A DNA stretch of 64,000 nucleotides from Amoebidium appalachense (lineage: Eukaryota; Protista; Ichthyosporea): NCBI GenBank assembly GCA_963693365.1, contig CAVNZM010000011.1, positions 6,529,921 to 6,593,920 on the forward strand. Direction: 5' to 3'. Of the stretch, positions 33,054 to 61,876 are shown one piece after another. Position 1 is the first letter of the stretch. Every line of letters starts with the position of its first letter. The notes under the pieces are model-generated. The model did no database searches and was not told the DNA's origin. It worked only from the letters and a program-made list of their open reading frames with translations. The translations under genes and the position numbers were made by a program.

Positions 33054-33467
33054 ATGAAGGCCATGATTCTCGCCGCTGCTCTGGCTGTAGCCTCTGGCCG
33101 CACGACCCACCCCCGCACCCAGAACTACGCCATGACATGCACACAGTGGGACGCCTCCGGGCTTGGGGCCTGCCCCGACCACTACGACGTTTGGAGCAGC
33201 AGGAGGTGTGCGCGCTGGGCGGGCCACGAGGTGTTTGACAAGTGCACGGTGGATGCGTGCTGCCTGCCGCAGACCATGCCCCGTGCGCGGCGGCAGGAGG
33301 AGGAGGGGCTGCAGGGCGGGTCGACGCCCACAAACTGCAAGGACTGGTTCTACGCCACACACACAGAGTGCCCCGCAGACACGTGGCCCGCTGACTCCCG
33401 GCCCTGCCTGCCCTACACAAACAAGCGGCTGCCCGTCTGCTCCCTCGAGACATGCTGCAAAGCATGA
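33054..33467 (+). CDS. Secreted cysteine-rich precursor protein, 137 aa, copy 2
   Basis: Inverted paralog of 31355-31768. The proteins differ only at K/T before domain 2 and at the last residue (V/A). Confidence 0.85.
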   Translation: MKAMILAAALAVASGRTTHPRTQNYAMTCTQWDASGLGACPDHYDVWSSRRCARWAGHEVFDKCTVDACCLPQTMPRARRQEEEGLQGGSTPTNCKDWFYATHTECPADTWPADSRPCLPYTNKRLPVCSLETCCKA

Positions 33468-33889
33468 TTGATGGATACAAATGGTATCATTAGCACGTAC
33501 CGCGGCCAAAAATCATATGTGCAACAATACTGTACCATGAGCCCGAATGTCTGCCCACAATTTGTACAGACATATGCATGTTGTCGCATTGTCGCAGTAC
33601 ACAATACAATAATGACTTTGAAATATGCACATGTGTAGTAAGAGGTAACCTAATGATCATAATATGAAATTCAAATTGAAATGTCCTTGTAAGGTTTCTA
33701 CATAGGTCGATTAATTGTGACATGGGGTAAACAGCAATAAAACTATTAAACAAATTGCAAATATATACCTTGCGGTACCGGTTCGATGCATGTTGTCGAC
33801 ACATGCATGCGCACTGATTATCTATGAAACTACAGCCCCCCCCCCCCCCCCCCCCCCCCCCCCCCATGGGATATGTAGCGACATAAACA

Positions 33890-34110
33890 CCCACCCGTGA
33901 GATTTCCCTGCCTACAGTAACTGGCCCTTTCTGAAAACTTTCCCCACGTGACCCCAACTTTTTTTTTTGCCCTTTCAATGTGAGTCCATCTGACCATGTC
34001 CCCAACTTCTACCCCGGGACAGATAATCTCTTCCTTTACCTGCACAATCTTCCCCTTTTGCACTGGCCTTTTGGGACCGCGCTTAACGTATCCAGACATC
34101 CCCCCTTCCC
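33890..34110 (+). repeat. Diverged interspersed repeat, homologous to ~29350-29600
   Basis: Same alignment blocks as the 29350-29600 feature. Boundaries are approximate. Confidence 0.75.
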
Positions 34111-34113
34111 CCC

Positions 34114-34147
<34 letters not shown>

Positions 34148-34568
34148 ACCCACCCACCCACCCAGGGCCTCCCCCACCGACCCACTTTTTTTCTGATGTT
34201 CATTCTCTGATCTGGGGCCTGAGGTCATGCCTCGCACAAGGCCTGACACCGACAAACATTGAGGTTTATATTCCACAATCCAATTTTTGCTTTTTGAAAA
34301 TGCTTTTTTTTTTTTTATATTTAGATCGGGGGATCAGGCAGGGCTACGAATGGATATTTAGTAAACTCGCCATAGATAGACACAAGAGAGTCCCCTAGAT
34401 AGCTTCACCAGGATATTTAATTTCACAGATGCAAGACATTCGCGGTTGTGATATCGATCCTACATGCGCGTACATAGATAGCCCAAATGTACATTAGAAG
34501 GCCCCGCAAAATCTTACGACCTTGGAAAAAGAATCAAAATCAAGTTTGCAATTCCCTTTTTTAAGAAT

Positions 34569-34910
34569 TTTAAAAGGGGAACCCCCGAGTCATTCATGTA
34601 TTCATTCATCATAAACCCCCCTCCCTCGAACACACACACACACACACACACACAATCCCAATAAAAAATTGAATTAATTGGCGATATACCTAAAGATACA
34701 GGCCTCACATCCCTAGATAAATCGTGATACTACCCATTTTTAAAAAAGGGAACCCCCGAGTCATTCATGTATTCATTCATCATAAACCCCCTTCCCTCGA
34801 ACACACACACACACACACACAATCCCAATAAAAAAATTGAATTCATTGGCGATATACCTAAAGATACAGGCCTCGCATCCCTAGATAAATCGTGATATTA
34901 CCCATTTTTT
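34569..34910 (+). repeat. ~170-bp tandem duplication
   Basis: GGGAACCCCCGAGTCATTCATGTATTCATTCATCATAAACCCC...(CA)n...CTAGATAAATCGTGATA(C/T)TACCCATTTT is repeated head-to-tail with few substitutions. Confidence 0.9.
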
Positions 34911-34975
34911 TTTTATGCTCCTATGCACATCTGCATGTTCAAAGAGGTTATAAAAGTCAAAAGAAAAAAAAAAAT

Positions 34976-35028
<53 letters not shown>

Positions 35029-35180
35029 TACAAAGAGGGAGGAGAAGAAAAATAGATGTCCACATGCACATCTACATGTTCAAAAAAAAAAAAAAAAAAG
35101 GGGGGGGGGGGGGGGGGGGGGGATAAAACTATACAGACTTCATAATCCTGTTTACAGCAGCGTTGCGTGACTAATAATGC

Positions 35181-50757
<15,577 letters not shown>

Positions 50758-51615
50758 GGTGGAATCAAGAAGGATCAAACAACTGAGGAGAATATATATT
50801 AAGACACTTCCTAGTGTAGCCTCCAAAAGATGTGAAGACAACAAATTTGAGGGATTAGTATCGAGGTATCTTGTTTCAGTTTTGTGACTCGACAGGGTCG
50901 ATCCTCTCCCTCGCCCCTCCCGCCTCCCCTCCCCCCCCCCCCCCCCCCCCCCCGCCCCCTCCCGCCCACTTTCCCTCCCTCCCTCCTTCCCTCTCTCCCT
51001 CCCCCAAGCCCCTCCCTCCTTCCCTCTCTCCTTCCCTTCCCTCGCCTCCCCCCCCCCCCCCTCCTTCCCCTTCTCCCTCCCTCCCTCCTTCCCTTTCCTT
51101 CCTCCCTCCCTCCCTCCCTCTTTCCAACCTTCCCTCCTTCCTGGGCCCCCCTCCCCTCCCACCCACCCTCCCCCCTCCCCTCACTCTGCCCCCGCCTTTC
51201 CCCCCCCACTTCCCCCCCCCCCCCCCCCCCCCCCCCCCGCCTCTCGCTGCTGTCAATACTTACCTCCTCTCACAGTCGAATCGTGCCTGTCAAACTCGTA
51301 GCCTTTCCCTCATCCTCGGCCTCCGTTCCCCTTTCGTCGCACTCGTCCTATCCTGCCTGCTTAGGCTATAAAGACTTTGCGGTATCCACTTTTCTTCGAT
51401 GTCCTGTAAATCAGCTAAACTTTGGTGTTCTTTACATCAGGGAATTCTCCGCTTAACATTGACATATCCTTGCTGGACGGTTTTGAGTGTGCCTGAGCAT
51501 TCGTTTCTTCGCCAACCTTGAAATAGAAAAGGTCCCTGTCGCGTCTGAAACACAGAGTGGCTACACTCACTCTGTCGCCTTTGCTCGTTTTCTCCTAGTC
51601 AAATCAAATTGAATC

Positions 51616-51668
51616 CTATCAAGTGGAAAGAGCTTTCCTCCCTATCAAGTGGAAAGAGCTTTCCTCCC
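51616..51668 (+). repeat. 26-bp tandem duplication upstream of CRBN
   Basis: CCTATCAAGTGGAAAGAGCTTTCCTC occurs twice. Confidence 0.9.
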
Positions 51669-53957
51669 GATGTCTATTTTTTTGAGTCGTATGTGAGACT
51701 TCAGTCACACGGTGACGGCTGATTTGTGTAAGCAAAAAATGACGTCACTTTCTATGAAGTTGTTGGCAAACCAGTCGCCACAGTCTTGTAAAAGCGTTTC
51801 TTGGGGTTAGAGCGAGGTACTCGGAGGCATTTGGACTATCTATGAGCCTTGTCCATGATCTAGAAACGGCTACTCCTAAAAATGCTAGCATGACATGTAG
51901 CCAATGGGGCTTGCCAAATATCAGATCGGATTCGGATGCCAGATCCACTCAGGCTCTAACAGATTTACAGAAATACCTGAATATGTGTATATTATACATA
52001 TACGCGTGTGTGTGTGGGTGTTTGTGTGTACGCATACTAATTACTTAAACATCCACTCACTCTCCTTCAGAAGGTATTGTGTTCTTTGCATGTACAGATC
52101 TAATCATGACGTCATGCTCACGCCCGGTCACGTGACGTAAACAACCTTGAACACGGATCGGCAATCTCGGACGATTTGTGGAATGTGGTGCAACCCTACT
52201 ACTAGTAGCATGCATTATTGTAGAGTCTTCGCTCGACAAGGCCACGCTCCCTTTTTTGAGCTTCTTTATCCTTAACTGGGCCTCAGCTGGGTCCCCTAAC
52301 GCGGAGCAAAAGGGAAGCGCAGCTGTTTTTTCATGTTCCAAACTGACGCTCATGTTGTGAGCCTCCACACGCGGCCGCGGGCCACAACTTCACCGGATCA
52401 ACTTGAAGACTCAATCGGCAATCCCCCCATATCGCTTAAATGGATCTATGATTATTTTAAAATAAAAAACATAAACTTTCACTGTCACGCATACTCAAGT
52501 TTAACTTCTATAAAAGCATAGAATAATTTCTGTTTCATTTATACTGGAAAAAAATAAATTTGGTGTTTATTTTACCCATATTTACTGGACATAACACCCA
52601 TAGCATATTTGATTGCGGAACAACTTTTTAGTCAGCAAAAGTATAGGGTGATTTATCCTTCGTATTTATATTGGCTCATATGCATGCGAATGATATTTTT
52701 CTAGTAGCCTAGGTACGAAAAACGGCGAAAAACGTGGAAGCAACTGCAACAATGCCTTCTTAGAGGAAAAACAATATAAAACCCCAATTCATAACACAAA
52801 AAAATCAGTTTTACTACGAGTAAGAAGTTCCCAAACACAAATAACAACCGTAGGGCACATAGCACATCGCAAACTCCGCAGGGTTATCCCACCAATATGT
52901 AACTGAAAAAGCCAAAGCTACGAAATAAAAATAAAGCGACAAGTGACAAAGGACACCAGCGGGCAAAACCTTAAGTGTACGTGTATGCGTGAAGCTAGTT
53001 TGCTCCAACTAGTCATATGCATCGATGTTGACCAGACCACACTCCGCAAGAAGACATCATTACTGCTGCTTCCCATGGCCAACAGGCCCCCCGCAAAACC
53101 TACCGAGTCACAGCAAGCAAGTCAGCCTCTAAAAGAGCAATGCAGACCAAATCTGAGCTAAAAAACAATCCCAACGGGCCCGGCCCCTAGATAACGGCTG
53201 GAGAAACTGCATCTAGCTCTCTGATAAGGTGGCCTAGTTGTGTTAGAGATTGTGACAATACGAAAACGCGTAGGGCAGCCAAAACCCCACAAACGTTTTT
53301 ATGTAGCCTGTGGCTGCACGTTGCCTTCATCAACGGACCAATAAAACCGAGCCAAAAGAAAAAAAAATTCTAAATCGTATTGGCGGGGTTCGTCTCATTT
53401 ATGACTCGTACAGACCCTTCATATTTTTAAGTTTGACGACCCATTTCAGTGTCCCTTAGCGATTACACACCCCGATAGACAAAACAGGCTTCATATTCCA
53501 CTCTGGAGTTTCAAAATAACCACCTGACCACCTTTTACCCGAGAAAACACCCATTTTTGTATGGAAACACACTAAAATACACTATTGTGGCCTATTTCAC
53601 TGCTACGAAAACCCAATACAGCACCTCTCAGCGTTACTCGTATGACCCCCTGGGCTTAATCGTAAATACGACGATTTTGAGTCGTAATTCAACCCCTGAA
53701 ACTCCGGGTATTATGATTGGCTGTTGATGGCATGTCAAGAAAACAAAAGGCTGGGCGCAGGCGATGATGGCCATCATCATGGCCACTCAGTTTTCTCACG
53801 CCCGGTGGTGATCACCTTGTCCACCCTGAATTTTTGTACCCACGAAACTATACTCTCGTGTATGCCTCGGGCTAGGTATATGCTTTCTAGGAGGTAATTG
53901 CATATATAACTATAGACACAGGTTAGAGGGTGTTTGCCAACTCAAAACACACAGAAA

Positions 53958-54752
53958 ATGGACGGCGACACAAACAAAAAAGACATGCAAATGGACGAGC
54001 AAACCTCCCCTCCAACAAACCCTGATCGCCTTTTGCTCTTGGAGGAGGGGAGGAACGAGATGTTCCACCAGATGGTAACAGCGAGGCAATCACAGCACCC
54101 ACGCATAGTTCAGGCGAATCCCTCCCCAACGGGCATGTTTGCGTTTGGTTTGACCACCGTTTTGGCTATGATGGTGGCGATTGGAGCCATTGAAGAAAAT
54201 GCAAACCACCTCGTGACGGCTTTTGCCATTTTCGATGGCGGATTTCTTCAGTTTCTGGCGGGAATGTGGGAGATGAGACGCGGAAACACGTTTGGTGCTA
54301 CTGCTTTCAGCGCGTTCGGCATGTTTTGGATTACGGACTCCATTTACAGTATTCTCTGTGCGAGTTACAATTGGGAAAAGTCGAAGGAGGGCCTTGCTAC
54401 GTGGAACGCACTCTTCGGACTTTTTGGAGCCCTCATGATCGTCCCTACTCTGAAGTTGACGCGTGTACACCAGTTCGTTTTTGTTGTCGTGTCTTTGGCG
54501 TTTATCCTCCTCGCTGGAGGTCAGTATAGCGATGGAGTAACGAAGGCGGGGGCCGTTTTCGGACTTTTGGCGGCGTTTGGAGCCATGTACATTGGGTGGG
54601 CGGAACTCGTCAATGAAACATGGGGAAGAGCTATCATTCCACTCTGGCCTATGACTACCCCAGCAACGTGCGAAAGCAATAGGGTGGGTTGTAACGGAAC
54701 GCCGTGCGCAGTGCACCATATGAGATTGGAGTGCACGGAGGTGGATTACTGA
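53958..54752 (+). CDS. GPR1/FUN34/YaaH family (SatP/Ady2-type) acetate/carboxylate transporter, intronless
   Basis: Signature ANPSPTGMFAFGLTT, then GGFLQFLAGMWEMRRGNTFGATAFSAFGMFW and YIGWAELVNE.WGR.IIP. Six hydrophobic segments. First ATG at 53958. Confidence 0.92.
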   Translation: MDGDTNKKDMQMDEQTSPPTNPDRLLLLEEGRNEMFHQMVTARQSQHPRIVQANPSPTGMFAFGLTTVLAMMVAIGAIEENANHLVTAFAIFDGGFLQFLAGMWEMRRGNTFGATAFSAFGMFWITDSIYSILCASYNWEKSKEGLATWNALFGLFGALMIVPTLKLTRVHQFVFVVVSLAFILLAGGQYSDGVTKAGAVFGLLAAFGAMYIGWAELVNETWGRAIIPLWPMTTPATCESNRVGCNGTPCAVHHMRLECTEVDY

Positions 54753-54902
54753 TTGGAAAATTTTTGTGGTTGTTGTATGCATCCGGACTGAGGAGACGGT
54801 TGTGTAAGCGTGCGGGCGATCGCTGTGTTGCGACATCATATGGTATGTCCTTGTGACATACATATGCTTGCATTGTGTCATTGGAGGGAAAGGTGGTCCG
54901 CT

Positions 54903-54934
<32 letters not shown>

Positions 54935-55211
54935 GGGACGGGGTAGATGAGGCCGTAGGGGGGGGGGTGGGGGGGGTCGGTCGGGGCGGCAGGGTGGCGG
55001 GGGGATCGGGGGGTAGGGTGATGAATTAGAAGGGGTGGATCGTGAGTAGGGAAGCTGGGGGAACGTACACGTGCATGGACAAATGTAATTGATATAGATT
55101 TCAAGTGCCACAAAATGACATCATGTCCCATTCTTTCCGATTTGGACTTGCGGCAGTGAAGACTTCAAGTGCCGTCGTAACACGCCCAGAAACATGCGCA
55201 TTCTGTTCAAG

Positions 55212-55275
<64 letters not shown>

Positions 55276-55318
55276 ACACACACACACACAAACACATACA
55301 CACACGTGACACACACAC

Positions 55319-55363
<45 letters not shown>

Positions 55364-55373
55364 ACACACACCG

Positions 55374-55412
<39 letters not shown>

Positions 55413-55736
55413 CGCACGCGCACACACACATGCACAAACACTGTGTCACATGCACGCACAGCACAAACACTGCGTCACATGCACGCACACACACAAGCAC
55501 ACGTGCATACCGTACACATGGACACACACACACACAAGCACCGCACACACACAAAAGAAATTGTTAAACAAACACTTGAAACAAACAAACATTGAGAGAG
55601 AGATGAACAGCTTCACATGTGTGGCCTCTACGTACTCATGGACAAGTCACGGCGGCAAACGCTCCACTACATATAGCATAGGGTGTCATAGGGGATAGGA
55701 ACCTAGAAGACCCCCCCGCCCCCCTACCCCCTTTCT

Positions 55737-56560
<824 letters not shown>

Positions 56561-57626
56561 GCCCCGCCGGCCTCTCCTTCGCCTCCATGGCAATATGCAC
56601 ACGTACCGTCACACAAGCACACACACAAACACACACCGAGAGAGAGATGCATATGTTTGGCATGAGCTATTGTGTCATGCTCATGATCAGCGAAATTTAA
56701 CAGTTTTCTTGAAGTGTGAAACACTGCGCATGTGTGTGTACGTGTGTGTGTGTGTGTGTGTGTGTGTGTCTGTGTGCGCGCGTGTATGCATGTGTACATG
56801 TGTGTGTGCAACGGCCCGTGCCACTCAGTGCGTCCCGAGCGTTTGTGTTTACGTGTGCATGTATGGGTGTGCACGTGTGTGCAAATTAGGCGCCGGGGGC
56901 GGGGGAGGGGGGGGGGGGGGGGGGAGGGGGGGGGGGGGGGGGGGGGGGGCCAGGGGGAAACTTTTTTTAATTTTAATTTTTTTATTTTATCCCGTTTCAC
57001 TCCCGGCGAGGCACTGCCTCGGGGGAGCTTACCGTCTTCCGCCTAGACACAGATCGTACTGTATAGCACACTCATAAATCAGGATTCTAATTGAACCCAA
57101 CTGGCACTATTTTTAGTTACGCCTTATCCCACGGTTCTAGCCGCAGCAACCCTAGTGGGGAAGTGTGCACAGCTCACTTTAACAACACCAGCCGGGAGCG
57201 ACCCGGGACACATACACAAACATAAAGACTTGAAAGGAGAAGACCCCATGCCCAGGACGCTGACCCGAACCGTGGCCGGTGACTCGGATTGGTCTCCCAC
57301 TTGAACGTTGGGCTGGGATGCCCAAGCGGCGCGCCGTCGACGTCAGAGGGCCGGTGCTGTTCATGACGTCATGTCTTGCGGCCGGATGATAACAAATTGG
57401 TGGTGCTGCTTGACGTGGTCTGGGGTGATGGCTTCTAGGGGGCGGCCAGACCGGTGGACCGTCGGCGAGGCAGAAAAATCGGAAGTAACCAGGATCGATC
57501 CTGCGACTTCGAAGTTCGAGCTTGACACGCAGAGATCTTACCATTGCACCCGCCCCCCGGCCAGGGGGAAACGATTGTCCGAAGTTTTTGAAAACGCCTC
57601 ACCACAGCAATCATTGCCTGTGTTTA

Positions 57627-57672
<46 letters not shown>

Positions 57673-57782
57673 TGTGTGTCCCTCTCTCTCTCTCCCTCTC
57701 TGTGTGTGTGTGTGGGTGTGCGTACATGTGTGTGGATGTATGACAGTGTGTGTGTGTGTGTTTGTCTGTTTGTCTCTCTCTC

Positions 57783-57863
<81 letters not shown>

Positions 57864-58080
57864 CACGGTGTGTGCACGTGTTGTTGTTGTTTTAACTCGG
57901 ACTTTGAATTTTTCTTTTAACGCATTGCCCACGTACGTAACCATTGCCAATACACACGTGCAGATATGACGTGCATGCGTGCGCGCGTGCCATGGTGAGC
58001 GCACGTGTGCATGTCTATTTTTTTTATTTTTTTTAAGGTGGTGGTGGTGGTGGTGGTGGTGGGGTGGGGTGGGGTGGGGT

Positions 58081-58114
<34 letters not shown>

Positions 58115-58947
58115 CTGAGTGTGTGTGTGTGAGCGAGTGTCTCAGAGTGTGGGGGTTTGGGGGGAGGGGGGGGTGCGGGGGGGTTGCGCGTGGAGGGGAA
58201 GGGAGGGGGGCTTGAACCTTAAATGCTTCGCAAAAGCCTGCCCCACGAAATTACATGATGTTAGAATCACTGATTATTTATCCAGTAGTTTGATAAAGAG
58301 GGCCATATACCGTGTTAGCGTCCCACAAGCAGCTACGGCACTGAGAGAGGCATACTAGCTATAGCCTATGCCATCTTATATGCATATTAAGCCTTACACA
58401 TGGCTGGTGTACCGTTGCTTGTAAATGTTGACCATATGCATGTGTGGGGGCCCGAAACTCCAAGTGACCTTTTATACAGTTGAACAGTGGGCACATGCGT
58501 ACAGTACTTGCTGTGAAGGTACGGTACCACCGTAGGCTGTCAGAAAAGTCACTTAGCCAATCAAGATATAGGCGCAAAATCCTTTCAGCTTAGGAGTCCG
58601 AGACTATTTACACCTTACGACCGTGCAGGGCTGCAGCTGCAACCCAAGCAATATCGATGTGACATTAAATTCATCAAATTAGGTGCAATACCCCCTTGCA
58701 TTTCCTCATGGTGCCGCTTCCATGCCCCAAACTTAAAGTGCATTAATTAAAGTCGGGCCCTATACGGTAATTTCTTTACTTACCCCCCCCCCCCCCCTCC
58801 GGGCAAAAAAAACCAAAAAAAAAAAACCAACAACAACCAACACCACCACCACCAGACACGCACACACACACGTGCGGGCGCAAGGTTTTACAGCCATTCG
58901 AATGAAAAGCACGGTAATATATGAGAATGTTTCTTCTTATAGTCAGA

Positions 58948-60512
58948 CTATGTAACTACTCTTCCTTTCTGTGCTTGCTGGGGTTTTTTTTCCAGCAATG
59001 TCCACAGACTTGCCTTTCCATCGTCCCTCAAAGCCAACAGTGCCGCACCGTCACACTCCATTTTGAGGTCCCGAGACCACCACACACTATCAACCCCACT
59101 CAAATCTAACATCACACACTGTGCAACCGCGACGGTGTGCGGGGTCGGATGTTTCAGTACATACACGCTCAGGCCCGTTCTTGTTTTCACCGAGAACACG
59201 CCCGGCCCATGGAACCGCGCAGTATCGGTATCCCCGTTGTCTACACCGTTGTTGAGTGTGAGAAGCGTGGTTGCGGGAATCAGAACCCCGACCTTCTCAT
59301 CCAACGACTCATACACGACCACGCCGCCGCTGGATTGGCTGTCTCCCTTGTTCACGGCCAAGATGCTTCGCTGCTTGCCAGACAACCACAGCCTCTCCTT
59401 GCGCACCTCATGCCATCCCCACGATAAAGCTCCTCGCCGGTTTTGATGTCGTGGACGAAAACGCATTTCCGTCCTGGTCGCGGGAAAATATATCCAACAA
59501 AGGCCTCTTCGTTATGTTGCATATAAAAATCAGCCATGAGGCCGGATGGAGCCATCTCACGCGTCCAATGCCAAAGAATATCTCCTGTGTGGATGTTTTG
59601 CGCGATAATCGTATCGCACGGACGCCCCGTTCTCGCTATCAGGGTGTCTCCGTGTGCAAGCATGAGCGAAACACTGGGTGCAGTCATGGTGATCGCCTTT
59701 GCCACCGACCCGTCAGCCAGACTGTAACGGACCACCACCGTCTCGTCCAGCCCCTTATAGGAGCCCCCAACAGAGGCCTGCCGGTCGCGGTGCTCGATGA
59801 AGAGCTTGTCAATTCTCCCCCACGTTTTCAGTTTCTCCCCTGTCGTAGTGTCCCAAAGAACACATCTTTCGGCAGTGTTATTGTAGTCTGTCGTCAACAA
59901 CCGGTTATACCTTGTGGCCAACTGAAAACTCGAACCGGCCGCTAACCCACGATCCAACAACATACACTTCAACTCGCCACGGCACATGTCCACGATTGAC
60001 GGCTCCGGATCGACAGCTCACACATACAGCGACCCCACACATAAAGAAGAAAGCCTTGTGGCACCATTCACAAGCACCTGCACGCACAAGAACTTCCGAT
60101 GTTAGGATCTCTCAAAATTCCCGGACAAGAGGAAAACAGAGGGATGGTCGGGTTGAACACTGCAACACAAACTAATGTGCTTGACCGGGGGGAGGGGGGA
60201 GGGGGGGGGGGGGGGGGGGGGGGGGTAATTCTATTCTAGAGTACTAAGTACACATTCATAACAGACAACACAAAGAAAAGGGCAACCCGCACATAAAATC
60301 TGCAAACAACAATAAGCAGAGCCCATCCGCAGGGGGAGGGGGGGGAGGAGGGAGGGAAGGGCGGGGGGGGGGGGGGGGGGGGAGGGGGGGGGGGGGCAAG
60401 TCATCCACAGTACGTGCAGGGGAGAGGGGGGGATGGGCAGCTAGTGATACTGGAACGGTGCCAAATACACAAGCAAAAGCAGGGAGACAACGCCCAACTG
60501 AGGAAGCCGGGG

Positions 60513-60543
<31 letters not shown>

Positions 60544-60906
60544 CGGGGGGAGGGGGGGGGGGATTAGGCCAAAGACTGCGCGATGAGTTGAAGACAGTGG
60601 GTGGAAAGGTGGGAGGGTAAGAGGGATGCAAACGGGGTAACGTAAAGAACACGGGTGAGGTGTGTGTCAAAGTGTATGCATGGGGGTATATGCGGGGATT
60701 AGGCGGCGGATTAGGGGTAATCTGGCCCGTCCCACTCACCTGTCCTCGTTCAGCTGTGTGCGCTCTCTTTTCAAAGCGTCTGCTTCTGCGCTCAGGGCGG
60801 CCTCCTTGGCGCACAGCTCACGTGCCGTGGCCGCTATGCGCCCAAGCACTGCCGCCCCAGACTTTTCAAGCTGCTCGGCGTCAGACAAAAGCGAGTGGGC
60901 GCTCAT
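58948..60906 (-). pseudogene. Disrupted coiled-coil + (possible F-box) + beta-propeller protein gene
   Basis: Exon 60906-60740 encodes a coiled coil and ends AG|GTGAGT; acceptor TTGCAG| at 60160. Downstream are PQQ/WD-like repeats (LWDTTTGEKLKTW, YSLADGSV, QNIHTGDILWHW, HDIKTGEELY). There are stops in all three frames between 60159 and ~60070, and a frameshift near 59420. Confidence 0.55.
60312..60502 (-). ncRNA. Intronic element, partial copy C, split by poly-C tracts
   Basis: On the minus strand CTCAGTTGGGCGTTGT, GATGACTTG and CCCTGCGGATGGGCTCTGCTTAT appear in the same order as in copies A and B. Confidence 0.4.
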
Positions 60907-61841
60907 GTTTAAGATGGAATTTGAAAACGGAAGTGGCCCAAGTTGTGGAGATGGTATCAACTAAAAAGGTGGGGCCTTGCTTCCATTCCTACAAAAGAGG
61001 AAAATTCTTACTCATGAAAAAAAGGGATGCCTCTATTACTTGAACTGACTGCTGCGAAGTAAAAACGTTGTGTGGTATAAGCAGTTTGCCGACAGGCCGC
61101 TAACGCAAAAACGTAGTCTTTGATTATTGATCTATACCATCTAACCTGTGCAATGGTTGCCAGAAGATGACCTCATTATCACAGACTACAACGCGGGAAC
61201 ATTTTGGCGCGAAACCTCCCCTGCCAGGCAGACTCGAGTCAGTAAACCCGAGTCGTTCCGGACAGGCGCGCATGAATGCGCGCACACACATTGTATGAAC
61301 CGAATAAGACAGACAAGCAATTCAGAATTTTCAAGGTACATAAAAGGGCATGCGTAAATAAAAGAAGAAATGTACACAGACACGTACAGACATGCAGGGA
61401 CACAACACCCCCATGAACACACACACACCCGGCACCCGCCCATATATACACCCACACACACACATACGTACACATACACACACAAACACGCGCACACGCA
61501 CACGCACACACAGCACAGGAAAAGCGCCAGGACTGTAAGTGTAACCGCGTGTGTGTGTGACTTAGTGAGGGAGCGAGAATGTGTGTGTGGGTGTGTGTGC
61601 GTCCGTGTGTGTGTGTGTTTGCGCATGTCTGTGTGTGCATGCGTGCGCGCGCCACGGGGTGTGTGTGCGCGTGTGTACCTTTTGCAAGGTTTATTGACTG
61701 GGGGTGGGGGGGGCGGAAGAAGGGGAGAGGGGGGGGGGGGGCGGGGGGGAGGAGGGCTCAGCGAGTGGAGGAAGTGCAGGGAAAGCGTGTGCATGTGGAG
61801 ACGGAGAGACCGCTGGAGGGGAGGGGAGAGGGAGGGGGAAA

Positions 61842-61876
<35 letters not shown>

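Noticed and set aside
51264-52368. Extra coding exons or a small gene upstream of CRBN
   Set aside because: Splice-like signals exist (donor at ~51263, acceptor at 50783), but the frames I read contain stops and show no recognisable motif. Probably 5' UTR.
57485-57562. tRNA gene on the minus strand (GGTGCAATGGTAAG...GCAGGATCGATCCTGG)
   Set aside because: A/B-box-like words are present, but there is no coherent acceptor or anticodon stem. At most this is a degenerate SINE head.
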